Under the pieces are notes generated by a model. It was not told the origin of the DNA, did not search any database, and was given only the letters and a program-made list of their open reading frames with translations. A stretch of DNA of 64,000 nucleotides from the human T2T-CHM13v2.0 reference genome, Homo sapiens. Shown here piece after piece: positions 47,880-64,000 of this stretch. The position numbers and the translations under genes are program-made. Where the stretch lies: assembly GCF_009914755.1 (NCBI RefSeq), contig NC_060928.1; one strand, 5' to 3'. How positions within the stretch are numbered: position 1 is the first letter of the stretch; each line of letters begins with the position of its first letter.

Positions 47880-49070
47880 TGGTTCTCTAAAGGAAGAGCT
47901 TTATCTCAATTTTATTCCCAAACTGACTTCACTAAACGTGAGCTCTCCTGAGGATACTACTTCCCATCTCTTTCAAGTGAAAGTATTTTCCTGTCATACC
48001 CTAGACCCTAAGAGCAGGACATGAGTCCCCTTCTTCCTCTTCCAACACTACTTCAAACAAGTTCTCAATCCTCATCCCAAAACTGTAACTATAGGAGCTT
48101 AAGACACCACCGTCCTCGTCGCTATATTCTAGTGATTTCTGTTCACTCCCTCTCATTCAGAGGTCACTCTCTCTCATCCCCCATGCCTCAATGCCTTCCC
48201 TTCTTCTATATTTCTTCCAATTTTCTGGGTAACTTTAATATCCTTCAGGGCAATGCATACAGCACACCAGCCTCTCCATGTTCCTTAAACTCCAATGACC
48301 TTTTCCTCCTCCTGCTTTCTACCCTAGAACTTGTGGAATCAGGCCAATTCACTAAATGAACAATTGGCAGAATATACTTTAATATTTGTTACTATTAATA
48401 AAGTTTACAACTGTACTCCACATCAAATGGAATAGATTTAACAGCTTTTGATAATTTCCTGTGACATTTTAGTTGAATAGTGTTACTTCATCTTCACAAC
48501 AGCTTTTAAGGAATGTGCAATTCGTTTCTGATCTGCCTCTGTTCTTGTAGCTGAAAAATGCTGGACCAGAGAAAAGATGCAGAAAAGTTGGAAAGGAGGC
48601 CAGGCAGCACACAGCAAGCCTGGCTCCTGATCCCAGAGGGAAGTAAGACCGATGGGCAGGGAGGTGGTGAAGATGGAAATGTATTCAAGAATAGAAATAT
48701 ATTAATGGCACATTCATACTTATCAGTGCATGTTTTCTTATTAATAAATTTTTATGACCCTCAGTCTTTTCTTTCTGCTCAGATAATGAATATTCTCATT
48801 CTCTTCTCTCTTTTCTTCTGCCACTGCCTTAGTTTGCTCCTACCTCTTTTCTCACATAGATCACTGCTGGTAACTCCTGGCTGCCATCATCTCTGATTAG
48901 TTCCACACCCAGTGTCTCTTGTGCCTTCTGAATCCACCATCTCTATTCGCCATCATGATTGCCAAATGAATCTTTTTCCATCACAAATCTGATCTCATAA
49001 CTCACTTGCCTAATATCCTTCAGATGCTCCCACAGCCTTCAAAATAAAATCCAATTCATTCATTACCTTT
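47880..49070 (+). mobile_element. L2 LINE fragments (discontinuous)
   Basis: C/T-rich L2-like motifs (gagctctcctgaggatactacttccc; caaatctgatctcataactc...aaaataaaatccaa). Confidence 0.5.
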
Positions 49071-49089
49071 TTCCTCACACCCTACACTT

Positions 49090-50860
49090 AGAGCTGCTAC
49101 CACCCGTTGGCACCTCTGGGTAACAATAAATTTTAAGTCAATACGTTATTTAGTTCTCAACAATGATAAAACGTGTCATATGTAAAGTCAATATAGCATC
49201 TGAATAAATTACATATATCAGATGTAAACATGAAATTATAGAAAGTTTAAAATTATCAAAATCATTGAGGACTCAAAGTTATCATAAATTAATAAAAACG
49301 AATTATAATGAGCAAGAACGCAAAGTCACTGTGAAGGAATCAATTTTAAAAATAAAACTTTGTTAAAATTATAAAACTAAGTTCTTTAGGATCATTTCAG
49401 TGCTTACTCTAATATCTTGTTTTCTTCAGAAATAATCACCAGATTTGCCAGTCTTTCTTGTGATACTGTAGACTTTAAGTGGTTCTAAAAAATTTTTAAT
49501 TTTGAGAGGCTACCTTTTCACTGGCAAAATGATACTAGAAAAGAAAAAATATCTTTGAGAATTTCAAAGTATTTTGGAATGTGTTCAGTAAATTATCTCC
49601 ATAAATATATTGTAATAAATTAAATAGAATTAATACTAGACTTTGGAAAATAAGGCTTCCAGATACTCATACATGAACAAACCATAGCTATCCCATATAT
49701 GGAATCAGAACCTACTTCCTATTATGACCCCCCCGATGAATCATGTGTACATTGAAGTTTGAGAAGCACTGACATAGAAAAGTCATGATACCTCAGTATA
49801 ATTTTTTCTTATTTTGAAAAAATAAAACAGCTTTATTGAGATATAATTCATGAATATAAAACTGCATGTATTTAAAGCTTATAAATTGATGAGTTTCAAT
49901 GTATGTACACATCTAGGAAATCACCATCACAATCTTCTTTTTAAAGATAATACTCTTTCAGCTAATGTAGAAACAAAGCAAAGAGCATATTATTTGATGC
50001 TGGATCAAAGAGGGCTTGATTTTGACATGTGCAGCCAAACTGAGACTTCTTAGTCTTCTAGATTGTCTTTGCTGTATCAATATCAAGGGACTTTATTTAG
50101 AATTTGTAACATATGTTTTTTAAAGTGGTAAGAGACATATAAAATTAACCATCTTAACCATTTTAAAATGTGTAGTTCAATATTAAGTATATTCACATTG
50201 TTGTGAAACAGATCTCCAGAACTTTTTCATCTTGCAACTGTATACACATTAAACAACATCTCTGTCATTCCTATTTTAGTATATGTGCTGCCAAAGCAAG
50301 CACAATAACATATACTTTTGTAAGTATTATCACTTTATTTATCTTTATAGAATTTCTTAGTTTCTTTGATGCTTTCAAGGCCATTATTTACATTGAATTT
50401 AGTCCTGCATCATGTTCATTATACCTGTATTTTGACTTAAAATATGCCAAATTAGTCCTAAGAAAGTAAGTTTAAAGTGGATATTTTCAATTTATGCCTA
50501 TATCTTGAGTTCTAGACTCTACATCTTTATTAATATTATCAATAATTTCCACAAAAGGATTTTATACTACGTACAATTCAGTTCTTAGTGGCCTGATGGC
50601 ATCATCTCAATTTTCCTGTAGATATTGACAATAGTTTCCATAAATGACTTCTCTGACACATTTCAACATGTTGAAACCAAAATGTATTGTTTATTACAAT
50701 AATCGCATAGTTATTGGGTAAAATAAAGAAATCTAGCGTGTCAAAACAGATTCTTCTGCTGCTTCATCCATTACCAAGTTTAAAGAGTGAATGGAACAAA
50801 GAATATAGAATCTCTAGAATGTTTTTTGGAGGATCCTGCTTTGAACTCTGTTGTGTTTGA
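49090..50860 (-). mobile_element. Fossil hAT (Tip100/Zaphod-like) transposase, 3' part, interrupted by MER5-like and L1MB fragments; continues at about 58411-58460
   Basis: Minus-strand translations SLSKLKIF*NHLKSTVSQERLANLVIISEEN (49419-49511), FYILCSIHSLNLVMDEAA (50757-50810) and LRDHGYDNAMCIRG (58419-58460). Confidence 0.8.
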
Positions 50861-53316
50861 TAGGGAGGCACAGCAAGATGGCAGAATAGAAAGCTCCACA
50901 GATTACTCCCCCAACAAGGACTCCAAGCTAACAATCATCTACACAGAAAAAACTCCTTCATAAGAACCAAAAATCAGGTGAGCACTCATAGCACCTGGTT
51001 TTAATTTCCTATCACTGAAAGAGGCACCAAACAGACAGAAAAAACAGTCCTAAGTTGCCAACACCACCCTTCCGCCACCCCCAAGCAGCAGCAAATCTGG
51101 GTGCTGGAGGAGGGAGAACACAGCAATTGTGAGGCATTGAATTCAGTGCTATCCTGTTAGAACAGAAAGGAAAACCAGACCAAACTCAGCTGACAGGGAG
51201 TGAGCATTTAAACCAGGCCCTAGCCAGAGGGAAATCACCAATCCCATCCTAGTGGTCTGAACTTGAGTTCCTGCAAACCACACCGCCACGGGCTACAGCA
51301 CTCTGTGTCTCCAAGTAAATTTGAAAGGCAGTCTAGACCATAAGGACTGCAACCCTGAGCAACTCCTAGCGCTGAACTAGGCCCAGAAACAGTGGACTGT
51401 GAGGGGAGCACACGACATACTGAGACACCAGCTACGGCAGCCAAGGGAGTGCTGGCATCACCCGTCCCCTAAGTCCAGGCTGCACAGCTCATGACTTCAA
51501 AAGAGACCCCTTCCTTTCACTTGAGAGCAGTAGGAAAAGTGGGGAGCACTTTGTCTTGCATCTTGGATACCAGCTCAATCAACCACAGCATGAAAGGGCG
51601 CCAGGCAAAGTCTTGAGGCCACTGTTCCAGGCCCTAGCTCTCAGACATTTCTAGACACACCCTGGGCCACAAGGGAATCTGCTGCCTTGAAGAAAAGGAT
51701 CCAGTCCTGGTGGCATTCATCACCCACTAACTGAAGAGACCTTGGGCCCTGAATAATCAGTAGCAATAAACAGATACTACATTGAGGGCCTTGGGTGAGC
51801 CTCTGAGACATCCTGGTTTCAGGTGAGATTCAGAACACTCCCAGCCTTGGTGGTTATGGGACAGAACTTCTGCCTCAAAAAGCAGAGGGAAATGTAGGGG
51901 ACTTTGTCTTGCACTTTAGGTACCAGCTTGGCCGCAGGTGGGTAGAGCACCAAGCAGACTCTTGGGGTCCCCAGTTCTAGGACATAACTCTTGGACAGCA
52001 TTTCTGAACCTGCCCTGGGCTACAGGGGAGCTCGCTGCCCTGAAGGGTGCATTCAGGCCAGGCAGCATTCACAACAAGCTGACTCAAGAGCCCTTGGGCC
52101 TTAAAGGAACATCAGCGGTAGTCTGGCAGTACTCCTCATGGCCAGGGTGGCAGTGGCTATGAGGTGAGCCTCCTCTGTCTTTGGAAAGGGGAAGAAAGAG
52201 TGGGAAGGACTTCATCTTGTGGTTTGAGTGCCTGTTCAGTTGTAATACAATAGAACACCTGGTAGGCTTCTGAGGTTTTTTAATCTAGTGCCTGACTCCT
52301 GGACAGCAGTTCTGGACCCACCCAGCACCTGGGAGACTTTGCTGCCCTGAAGAAAAAAACATAGGCCTGGTTGGCTTTGCCATCTGCTGATTGTAAAGCC
52401 CCAGGGCCTTAAGCAAACAGAGGCCATGGCCAGGAGCAGGTCTTGGGCAAGATCCAGTGCTATGCTGCCTTCAGGTCTGACCCAACACAGTCATAGTGGT
52501 TGGTCACAGGGGTGCTTGTGTCACTCCACCCCCAGCTTCATGTGGCTCAGAACAGAGAGAGATTGACTCTGTATGCTTGGGAGAAAGTAACAGAAGAGAA
52601 CAAGAGTCACTGCCTGGTAATCCAGAAAATTCCGCTGGATCTTGTCCAAAACCATCAAGGCGGTACCATTATGAGTCTGCAAGAACCACAGAGTTACTGG
52701 GCTTGGGATGACCCAAAGAGCAGATACAGCTTAGATCACAACAACCAAGTCTTTTCAATATCTGGAAAGACTTCCCAAGAAAGATGGCTACAAATAAGCC
52801 CAGACAGTGAAGACTACAATATATACCTAACTCTTTAATGCCAACACACCAAAGAACATCTACTAACATCAATGCCATCCAGGAAAACATTACCTCACCA
52901 AATGAACTAAATAAATCACCAGGAACCAATTCTGGAGAAACAGAGCTATGCGACCTTTCAGACAGAGAATTCAAAACAGCTGTGTTGAGGAAACTCAAAG
53001 AAATTCAAGATAATGCAGAGAGAGAATTCAGAATTGTATCAGATAAATTTAACAAAGAGATTGAAATAAATAAAAGAGTCAAGCTGAAATTTTGGAGGTG
53101 AAAAATGCAATTGGCATGCAGATAAATGTATCAGAGTCCTTTAATAGCAAAACTGGTCGAGGAGAAAAAAGAATAAGTGAGCTTGAAGGCAGGGTATTTG
53201 AAAATACAGGTCAGAAGAGACAAAGGAAAAAAGAATAAAAAACAATGAAGCACACCTACAGGATATAGCCTCTAGAAAATAGCCTCTAAAAGGCAAACAT
53301 AAGAGTTATTGGCTTT

Positions 53317-53609
<293 letters not shown>

Positions 53610-56600
53610 TTGTAAGTACACAGAAAAACAGACTGTTATAACACTGTAACTGTAGTGTGTAAACTACACTTAACCTAAGTAGAAAGACTAAACAAAGAAC
53701 TGATCAAAAATAATAACTGAAACAACTTGTCAAGACATAGTCAATACCATAAGATATAAATAGAAACAAGAAAAAGTTAAAAAGCAGGGGGACAAAGTTA
53801 AGGCATAGAGTTTTTATTAGTTTTCTTTTTGTTTGTTTGTTTATGCAAATAGTGTTAAGTTGTTATCAGGTTAAAATCACGGGTTGTAAGATAATATTTG
53901 CAAGACTCATGGTAACCCCAAACTAGAAAACATACAATGGGTACACAAAAAATAAAAAGCAAGAAACTAAATCATATCACCAGACAAAATTACCTTCACT
54001 AGAAGAAAACAGAAAGAAAAGAAAGAAGGAAGAGAAGACCACAAAGCAACCGAAAACAAATAACAAAATGGCAGGAATAAGTCCTTAATTATCAATAATA
54101 ACATTAAATGTAGATGGACTAAACCCTCCAGTGAAAAGACGCAGACTGGCTGAATGAATAAAAAAAACAAGACCCATTGATCTCCGCCTACAAGAAACAT
54201 GCTTCGCCTATAAAGACACACACAGACTGAATATAAAGAGATGAAAAAAAGATATGCCATGTAAATGGAAACCAAAAAAGAGCAGGAGTCTCTATATTTA
54301 TATCAGACAAAATAGGTTTCAAGACAAAAACTATAAGAAGAGACAAGGTCACCATATAATGATAAAGGGGTCAATTCAGCAAGAAGATATAACAATTATA
54401 AATATATATATGCATCCAACACTGGAGAACCCAGATATATAAAGGAAATATTATTAGAGCTTAAAGAGAGAGATAGGCCCCAATACAAAAATAGCTGGAG
54501 ACTTCAACATCCTACTTTCAGCATTGGACAGATATTCCAGACAGAAAATCAGCAAAGAAACATCAGACTCAATCTGCACTGTAGACCAAATGGCTGTAAT
54601 AGATATTTACAGAACATTTCATCCAAGAGCTGTAGAATACACATTCTTTTATTCAGCACATGGATTAGTCTCAACGATACACCACATGTTAGGTCACACT
54701 AAAGCATTCAAAAAAATTGAAATTATATCAGGCATCTTCTCTTACCACAATGGAATAAAACTAGAAATTAATAACAAGAGAAATTTTGGAAACTATGCAA
54801 ATACATGGAAATTAAACAATATGTTCCTAAATAAACCAGTGGGTCAATGAAGAAATTTAAGAAGAAAATGGAAACGTTTCTTGAAACAAATAATAATGAA
54901 AACACAATGTACCAAAACCGATGGAATACAGCAAAAGCAGTACTAAGAGCCAATTTTATAGCTATAAGAGCCTACATCAAAAAAGAGGGAAAACTTCAAA
55001 TAAACAATCTAACAATGCATCTTAAAGACCTAGAAAAGCAAGAGCAAATCAAACCCAAAATCAGAAGAAAATAAATAATAAAAATCACAGCAGAAATAAA
55101 TGAAATTGAAATAAAAATCAATACAAAAGATCAATGAAAAAAACAAATCGGTTTTTTAAAAAGTTAAACCACAATTGACAAACCTTTAGCCAACTAAGAA
55201 AAAAAGAGAGAGGATCCTAATAAATAAAATCAGAGATGAAAAAAGAGACATTACAACTAATACCACAGAAATTCAAAATATCATTAGTGGCTACTACGAA
55301 CAACTATCTGTTAATAAGCTGGAAAATCTAGAAGAAATGACAAATTCCTAGATACATACAATCTACCAAGATCAAAGTAGGAAAAAGTCCAAAACCTGAA
55401 CAGACCAATAACAAGTAACAAGATCGAGGCTGTAATAACAAGTCTCCCGGTAAAAAAAAACCCAGGACCTCATGGCTTCACTGCTGACTTCGACCCAATA
55501 TTTAAAGAAGAACAAATATCAATCCTACTCAAACTATGCTGAAAAATAGAGGAGGAGGGAATACCTCCAAACTCATTCTACAAAGCTAGTATTACCCAAT
55601 ACCAAAACCAGACAAAGGCACATCAAAAAAAGAAAACTACAGGCCAATATACCTGATGAATATTGATGCAAAAATCCTCAACAAAATACTAGCAAAACTA
55701 ATTCAACAATACATAGAAAAATCACTCATAATGATCAAGTGGGATTTATCCCTGGAACACCAGAATAGTACAACATACACCAATCAATCAATGTGAAACT
55801 TCATATCAACAGAATGAGGGATAAAAGCCATAAGATCATTTGAATTGGGCTGAAATAGCATTTGATGAAATTCAACATCCCTTTATGATTAAAACCCTAA
55901 AAAACTGGGGACAGAAGGAACATGCTTCAACATAATATAAGCCATATACAACACACCCACAGCTAGAAGGCTTAGAGGAAAGAAAATCTTTCCTCCAAAA
56001 TCTGGAACATGACAAGGATGCCCACTGTCATCACTTTTATTCAACATAGTATAAGAGAACAAGACAAGGGAATGATGTAAATCAGACAAGAGAAAGATAT
56101 AAAGGGCAACCATATTGGAAAGAAAGAAGTCAAATTATCCTTGTTTGCAGATGATATGATATTACATTTGGAAAAAGCTAAAGACTCCACAAGAAACAGA
56201 ACTGATAAATTCAGTAAAGTTGCAGAATACAAAATCAACATATAAAAATTAGTAGCAATTATAGTACTTTCTATATGCCAACAGTAAACAATGTGAAAAA
56301 AGTAATACCATTTACAATAGCCACACATAAATACCTAGGAATTAACTTAACTAAAGAAGTGAAAAATCCCTGTAATGAAAACTATAAAACACTGATGAAA
56401 GAAATTGAAGAGGACACCAAAAACTGTACAAATATTCCATGTTCATGGATTAGAAGAATAAATATTGTTAAATGTCCATACTACCCAAAGTAGTCTACAG
56501 ATTCAATGCAATACCTATCTAAATACCAATGACACTCTTCACAGAAATAAAAAAAAATTCTAAAATTTATATGGAACCACAAAAGACCCAAAATAGCCCA

Positions 56601-57745
56601 AGCTGTCCCAGCAAAAATAACAAAACTGGAGGAATCACATTCTCTTACTTCAAATTATACTACAGAGGTATAGTAACCAAAACAGCATGGTACTGGCATA
56701 AAAACAGACACATAGACCAATGGAACAGCATAGAGAATCTGGAAGCAAATCCACAGACCTACAGTGAACTCATTTTTGACAAAGATGCCAAGAACCTGTA
56801 TTGGGGAAAAGATGATCTCTTCAATAAAGAGTGCTGGGAAAACTGAATATCCACATGCAGAAGAACAAAACTAGATCCCTAACTCTCACCATATACAAAA
56901 ATCAAATCAAAATGGATTAAAGACTTAACTCTAAGACCTCAAACCATTTAACTACTACAAAAAAACATTGGGTAAAATCTTCAGAACATCGGTCTGGGCA
57001 AAAAATTCTTGAGCAATACCCCACAAGCACAGACAACCAAATAAAAAAAGGACAAATGGGATCACATCAAGTTAAATATCTTTTTCATAGCAAAAGAAAC
57101 AATCAACAAGATGAAAAGACAATGCATAGAATGGGAAAATGAGAAAATACTACTCATCTAAAAAAGGGATTAATAACCAGAATATATAAGGAGCTCAAAC
57201 AACTTTATAGGAAAAAAATCTAATAATTCTATCAAAAAATGGGTAAAAGATTTGAATAGACATTTCTCAAGAGAAGACATACAAATGGCCAACAGCCATA
57301 TGAAAAGGTGCTCAATATCACTGATCATCAAAGAAATGCAAATTAAAACTACAATGAGACATCATCTCACCCCAGCTAAAATAACTTATATCCATAAGAC
57401 AGACAATAACAAATGTCGATGAGGTTGTGGAGAAAAGAGAACCCTTCCTTATACACTGTTGATAGGAACGCAAATTAGTACAACTACTATAGAGAAGAGT
57501 TGGAGATTCCTAAAAAACTAAAAATTGAGCTACCATATTGATCCTGCAATCTCACTGCTGGGTATAGGCCCAAAAGAAAGGAAATCAGTATATTGAAGTG
57601 ATATCTGCACTCTATGTTGGGTGCAGCACTGTTTACAATAGCTAAGATCCGGAAGCAGCATAAGTGTCCATCAACAGACGAATGGATAAAGAAAATGTGG
57701 TACTAAGATACAATGGACTACCTTTCAGGCATAAAAAAAGAATGA

Positions 57746-58153
<408 letters not shown>

Positions 58154-58584
58154 TCACGTGTTCTCACTTATTTGTGGGATCTGAAAATCAAAACAATTGA
58201 ACTGGTGGACATAGAGAGTAGAAGATTGGTTACCAGAGGCTGGGAAGGGTAGTGGAAGGCTGGGGCGGCGGGGGAGGTTGGGGAAGGTTGGGGATGGTTA
58301 ATAGGTACAAAAAAATTTAGAAAGAATGGATATCTACTATTTGACAGCACAACAGGGTGACTATAGTCAATTATAATTTAATTGTACATTTTAAAATTTA
58401 AAAAAAGAAATCTATGTTCCCACGAATACACATGGCATTGTCATATCCATGATCTCTCAACCTGTTTGGAACAAGAGTTTATCCTTGTTTGGTCCCCTCA
58501 CCAATAGGAAGAGTTTATCTACAATAAGTTTCTGAAAAAAAATCACAGTCTGAGCTATCCTTTGAAAGTTAAAATTTCTTACAC

Positions 58585-59218
<634 letters not shown>

Positions 59219-59872
59219 CTAGAAAGATTGCTAATAGAGTCTCTGAGGCCTTTTTTCTCTTTGGGTTTTTCTTTACATTCTTCAATTATGATTGATAAGA
59301 AAGTAGAAAATAAATTCTTAACCTGTTCCATCAATGATATACTACTACTTACTTTTTGATTCATTAATGATGATCTGGTTTTTGTTGCCCAAGCTGGCCC
59401 TGAACTTCTAAGCTCAAGAGATCCTCCTGCCTCAGCCTCCTGAGTAACATGACAACATGATCTGTTTTATATGAAGTACTTATGGATTTAAACTGGGACC
59501 CAGCAATAGGATATTGGTATAGTAAAGAAATGGAAGAAAATCTGAGCTGCAATATAAAATGTCAAATTTAGCCAGTATACCAGTACCAATGGGAGATTTT
59601 TTTAAATTTTCAAGACATTTGATAATCATTACATCAGCCAGAAAAATAGCTCTTTGTTTATAAGCATGGGTTATTTTAGCTATTAAATCAATGAGATTTT
59701 TCAGTTATCAAATTTGTACCTCTTTTATAAGCAAAATATCAATCAGGTTAGAAAATGGCCCTTCCATCTGTTAGAAAATTCTACTGATTTTGTTAGAATA
59801 AGATACATTAGTGCCATCTGTTGGAAAATTATCACTATAATTATACAAATCATCTGAAATAATTAAGATATC

Positions 59873-60190
59873 TGTCTTAGTCATCTATTATTCCTTAACT
59901 ACCTGACAACTTAGCAAACTTAAACAATAATATGTTTGGTATCTTACACAGATTATCGGGATCAGCAATTGGAAGCCTCTTAAATGTCAAGTTCTTGGCT
60001 ACAATCTTAAGATTGTAGCCAAGATGTTAGCCTAGGCTCCAGTTATCTGAAGACTTGACTGGAGCTGGAGAATCTGCTTCCATCACAGCTCCCTCACATG
60101 GCTGTTGGCAGGAGGCTTCAGTACCTCACCCAATGGGCCCCCACCTAGGTCAGCTTAAGTGTCCTAACATTGTGGCATCATGCTGAAAAG
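59873..60190 (-). mobile_element. MaLR LTR fragment (MLT1E/F-like)
   Basis: ctgaagacttgactggagctggagaatctgcttcca...cacatggctgttggcaggagg. Confidence 0.7.
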
Positions 60191-60968
60191 CAAGTGGAAT
60201 ATTCTTATAGTGTCTTTCCTATTATTCTATTTAACATGTAAACAATTAATTGAGAGATGAAAATCTAGAGGCTTGAATTATAAAATAAAGTTTTCATAAC
60301 AGGTCATATCGTACTGTTTAGAAAAGGGTGGCTTAGTCCAAACCAAAATACTTAGAAAACCTAGGAAGGTAGGTCCCAAACTTAGAATGTGGCTAGTGAA
60401 GTGATAAGAAACATGCCTTGATCCATATGAGATAGACCATGGGCACAAATCCAGAATTTCATTTAGTTTTATGAAGTTATAGTGGCCTCGGTCAGGATTA
60501 AAATAAAACAAAATAAATAAATAAATAAATAAAACAAGTTGTCTTCCTATTCCCCTTGAACTGAAAGCAGAGTTAGGGAAAACATGAAAACTCATAGAAA
60601 TTTAAGATTTAGTTGCAATTATATCTTTGAGTGTATTTTTTGTTTACAGTTTTAACTCTTCTAATAAAAATTGTCTGTAATGTGAAATTAAACCCTATTG
60701 ATTCAAACCAATAGATTCTTTTCCCAATGAGAGGTGGTTACCAGAACAGTGAGTTGCCTAACTCACAAAAAAATCACCTAGTAAGGTATTGGGGCACTAA
60801 CTCAAGAGGAAAATAATAAAAGAGAATAAGGCTTCTAACAAGAGAGTGGGCAGTGCAATATTCCAGGCAGTAATTAGCTCTGGAAATATGATGTGTGAAA
60901 TAACACTTGTTTGGGGCAAATTTTGGACCAAGCCAGGGGCTTTTTCACTATATTTAAGACCCAGGGTC

Positions 60969-61295
60969 GGCTGGGCATGGTGGCTCATGCCTGTAATCCC
61001 CACACTTTGGGAGGCCGAGGCGGGTGGATCACTGAAGGTCAAAAGTTCGAGACCAGCCTGGCCAACATGGTGAAACCCTGTCTCCACTAAAAAAACCAAA
61101 AAACCAAAAAAACAAAACCCCAAAATTAGCTGGGTATAGTGGCAGGAGTCTGTAATCTCACCCACTGCAGAGGTTGAGGTGGGAGAATTGCTTGAACCTG
61201 AGAGGTAGGAGATTGCAGTGAGCCAAGGTCGTGCCACTGTACTCCAGCCTGGGCGACAGACTCCATCTCAAAAAACAAACAAACAAACAAAAAAA
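60969..61295 (+). mobile_element. AluS with expanded middle A-rich linker
   Basis: TSD aagacccagggt/aaaacccagggt. Confidence 0.9.
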
Positions 61296-61758
61296 CCCAG
61301 GGTTGTTTGCAGTCAGAGCAGTACCATTTGGCTGAAGGCATCTGTATTTAGGCAGACGTGATGGCAAGAAAGAGTTACTTGGCATAAAACATAAATGTAA
61401 TCAAGAGTATTAAAATGCTATCAACGACATCAACTCATCGGTCATTCTCACACATTGCATGTGATTTGGCCTTACTACTATGGATTTCGCTAATGTTTCA
61501 GCTGCCTGTTCTTCGTGCTATTATTTTTACAAGGAAATGGAGGTTGAGAGAAGGGAGAAAAAGGCTGCTGCCTTAGTTCCCGAATCGGCCAAGGCTTTTT
61601 ACATTTTTTACTTTTGATCCAAATTATCCTGGAATCAGATTCACAGCATATTGGTCAAGGTTTTGTTTTCTGTTGGCAAATAAAGACAGCATCCCATACT
61701 TTCAAATAGAAAAGATGTGTTTCTCTCCCTACGGAGCACACTGGAGACAGAAAATACT

Positions 61759-62155
61759 TGTCTTAGTCAATTCAGGTTGGTGCTGCTATTAGGTTGGTGC
61801 AAAAGGAATTGTGGTTTTGGCCATTAAAAGTAACAAAATACCTTAGACTGGGTAATTTATAAACAACAGAAATTTATTTCTCACAGTTAGGGAAGTTCAA
61901 TATGAAGGCGCCAGAAGATTGAGTGTCTGAATCCTCATATTCCTCATAGATGGCACCTTCTGTCTATCCTCAGGTGAAGGAAGGGGCAAACAAGATCTCT
62001 CTGGCCTCTTTTATAAGGGCACTAATTCCATTCATGAGAGCTCTCACCTCATGACCTAATCACCTTACAGATGCCCTACCTCCCAACACCACTGCACTGG
62101 TGATTAAATTTCAACATACGAATTTTCAGGGGGCACAAACATTCAGACCATAGCA
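61759..62155 (-). mobile_element. MaLR LTR (MLT1A/MST-like)
   Basis: tgtcttagtc...cattcagaccatagca with a perfect 5-bp TSD atact. Confidence 0.88.
61789..61833. mobile_element. Half MADE1 (Hsmar1-derived mariner MITE)
   Basis: ttaggttggtgcaaaaggaattgtggttttggccattaaaagtaa at a TA inside the LTR. Confidence 0.85.
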
Positions 62156-62197
62156 ATACTTTAGATATAAATCCATAAAACTAACCTAAAACAGAAA

Positions 62198-62259
62198 TGA
62201 AATAGCCAAAAAGGCAACAAGCCTTTGAAATAGCCAAAAAGGCAACAAGCCTTTGAAAT
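62198..62259. repeat. Perfect 28-bp tandem duplication (2.2 copies)
   Basis: tgaaatagccaaaaaggcaacaagcctt x2 plus tgaaat. Confidence 0.95.
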
Positions 62260-62341
62260 TTTGCCTTAAGTTCTTATTTAACTCTTTACGTTTATGGACA
62301 CTGATGTTCTCATTTATCTTTCATTATTAGTGGCATTGCTG

Positions 62342-62403
62342 TTGAATTCTAAGTTTTTAAAAATGCCTTTATTGAATTCTAAGTTTTTAAAAAGGCCTTT
62401 ATT
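62342..62403. repeat. 30-bp tandem duplication
   Basis: ttgaattctaagtttttaaaaa(t/g)gccttta x2. Confidence 0.95.
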
Positions 62404-62709
62404 TTAAATCCAGATATTTATTATCTTATTACTCTGCTGCGTCAACTGTTAAATGTCAATTAAGGTAGTTAGCATACATAAACAAAACTAATTGAGATCA
62501 AGTATTAATTGATATTAAGAGCTATCAAAGACTTTTCAAAAAAATTAAGTAGAACAAATTTGGTGAGTCTATTTTTGGAACGCTGCTTAGTTTACATAAG
62601 GACTAACATAAGATACATTAACCATACATACTCATTATGGGATATTTCAGTTGCAATTTAATATTTACACTACATTTAGTTAGGCCCCAATACCCTTACA
62701 ATTAATTTT

Positions 62710-63155
<446 letters not shown>

Positions 63156-64000
63156 TGATAAGCCCTTGTGAATGTGCTTGGTTTTCAGCAATTTCTCTTC
63201 TGAGCCTGTATTTTTACCCTTCTCATTCTGGTGCTTGAATTTTTCTCTCACCAAAACCTGGAAACACAGCTTTTACTTCATATTCTTTCTAATTATGTGG
63301 CATGAAGCTGGGCAAGGAACCCTACAGCATGCTTGGAGCTCCAATCCATAGTACGGAGGCACAAGCTTGCTCCAGAGCCTCATTCCTCTTTCAGGTTTCT
63401 GGTAGCAGAGCTCCAATCTGTAATAATACCTTGTTAATGAACTGAAAAATGGTTTTTCCTCTCTTTAATACTGGTCATTTAACACCTTTCCATCGTTTAC
63501 TGAAGAAGAGGAAGGGACAGTCTCAAAATTCCACCTACCCTCTACTCAATCTTCCCCATCTCTAAGTCCACAGAAGCCACAGACACAGGACAAGCTCACA
63601 AGCTAATATAAGCCATTATACTATTTTTTTTCCTCCAAGACTTAAAAAATTGGTGATTTCCAGCCATGTGCTTAGCTTCTCCTACTTAGCTCAGTAAAGT
63701 AATCTTTACTTAAAATTATATATGAAATAGAAAATTATTTAATATTTTCATATAGTGTTAATACAATTTGATTTCAGTATATACAAAAACAGCGGGTCAC
63801 TTTTGGAATTGATGAACCTTTTAATTATGATACATTACATATATTTTAAACAAACATTTGCCATTATGACAGGTGACATAGACACATTTATCTATAAAGC
63901 ATTAATTTTAAAAAGAAAATTGTTGGATGCTTGAGAAGTAGGAATTTTATGTGTCAATGATGTCCTTTTGTTTTCCATTAAAGGGAACCTGCTGTATGTA

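Noticed and set aside
51400-52500. Recurring motifs (gactttgtcttgca, gctgccctgaag, cattcacaac) as a novel repeat array
   Set aside because: They are internal repeats of the old L1 5'UTR.

Overview
This is primate genomic DNA, almost certainly human: the exon translations match human GAB1 as I recall it, and the repeats include AluY and L1PA3. The window holds the 3' half of GAB1 (GRB2-associated binder 1) on the + strand. It contains seven constitutive coding exons (1210-32402), one 90-nt cassette exon (20892-20981) and a roughly 5.4 kb 3'UTR, followed by about 26 kb of repeat-dense intergenic DNA. Nearly all non-GAB1 ORFs in the supplied track are LINE-1 ORF1/ORF2 remnants, Alu translations or chance ORFs. 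I see no evidence of a new multi-gene biological system, CRISPR array or RNA gene. The observations most worth checking are: (i) candidate alternative splice and polyadenylation choices around the cassette exon and the exon at 23578; (ii) two short templated insertions copied from 1.4-1.9 kb away, one with inverted filler typical of polymerase-theta end joining; (iii) an L1PA3 nested in an older L1 with a target-site deletion; (iv) a fossil hAT transposase split by a near full-length L1; (v) a distal poly(A) signal that may be supplied by an LTR. Repeat subfamily names come from remembered consensus sequences, not from a search, and repeat boundaries are approximate.
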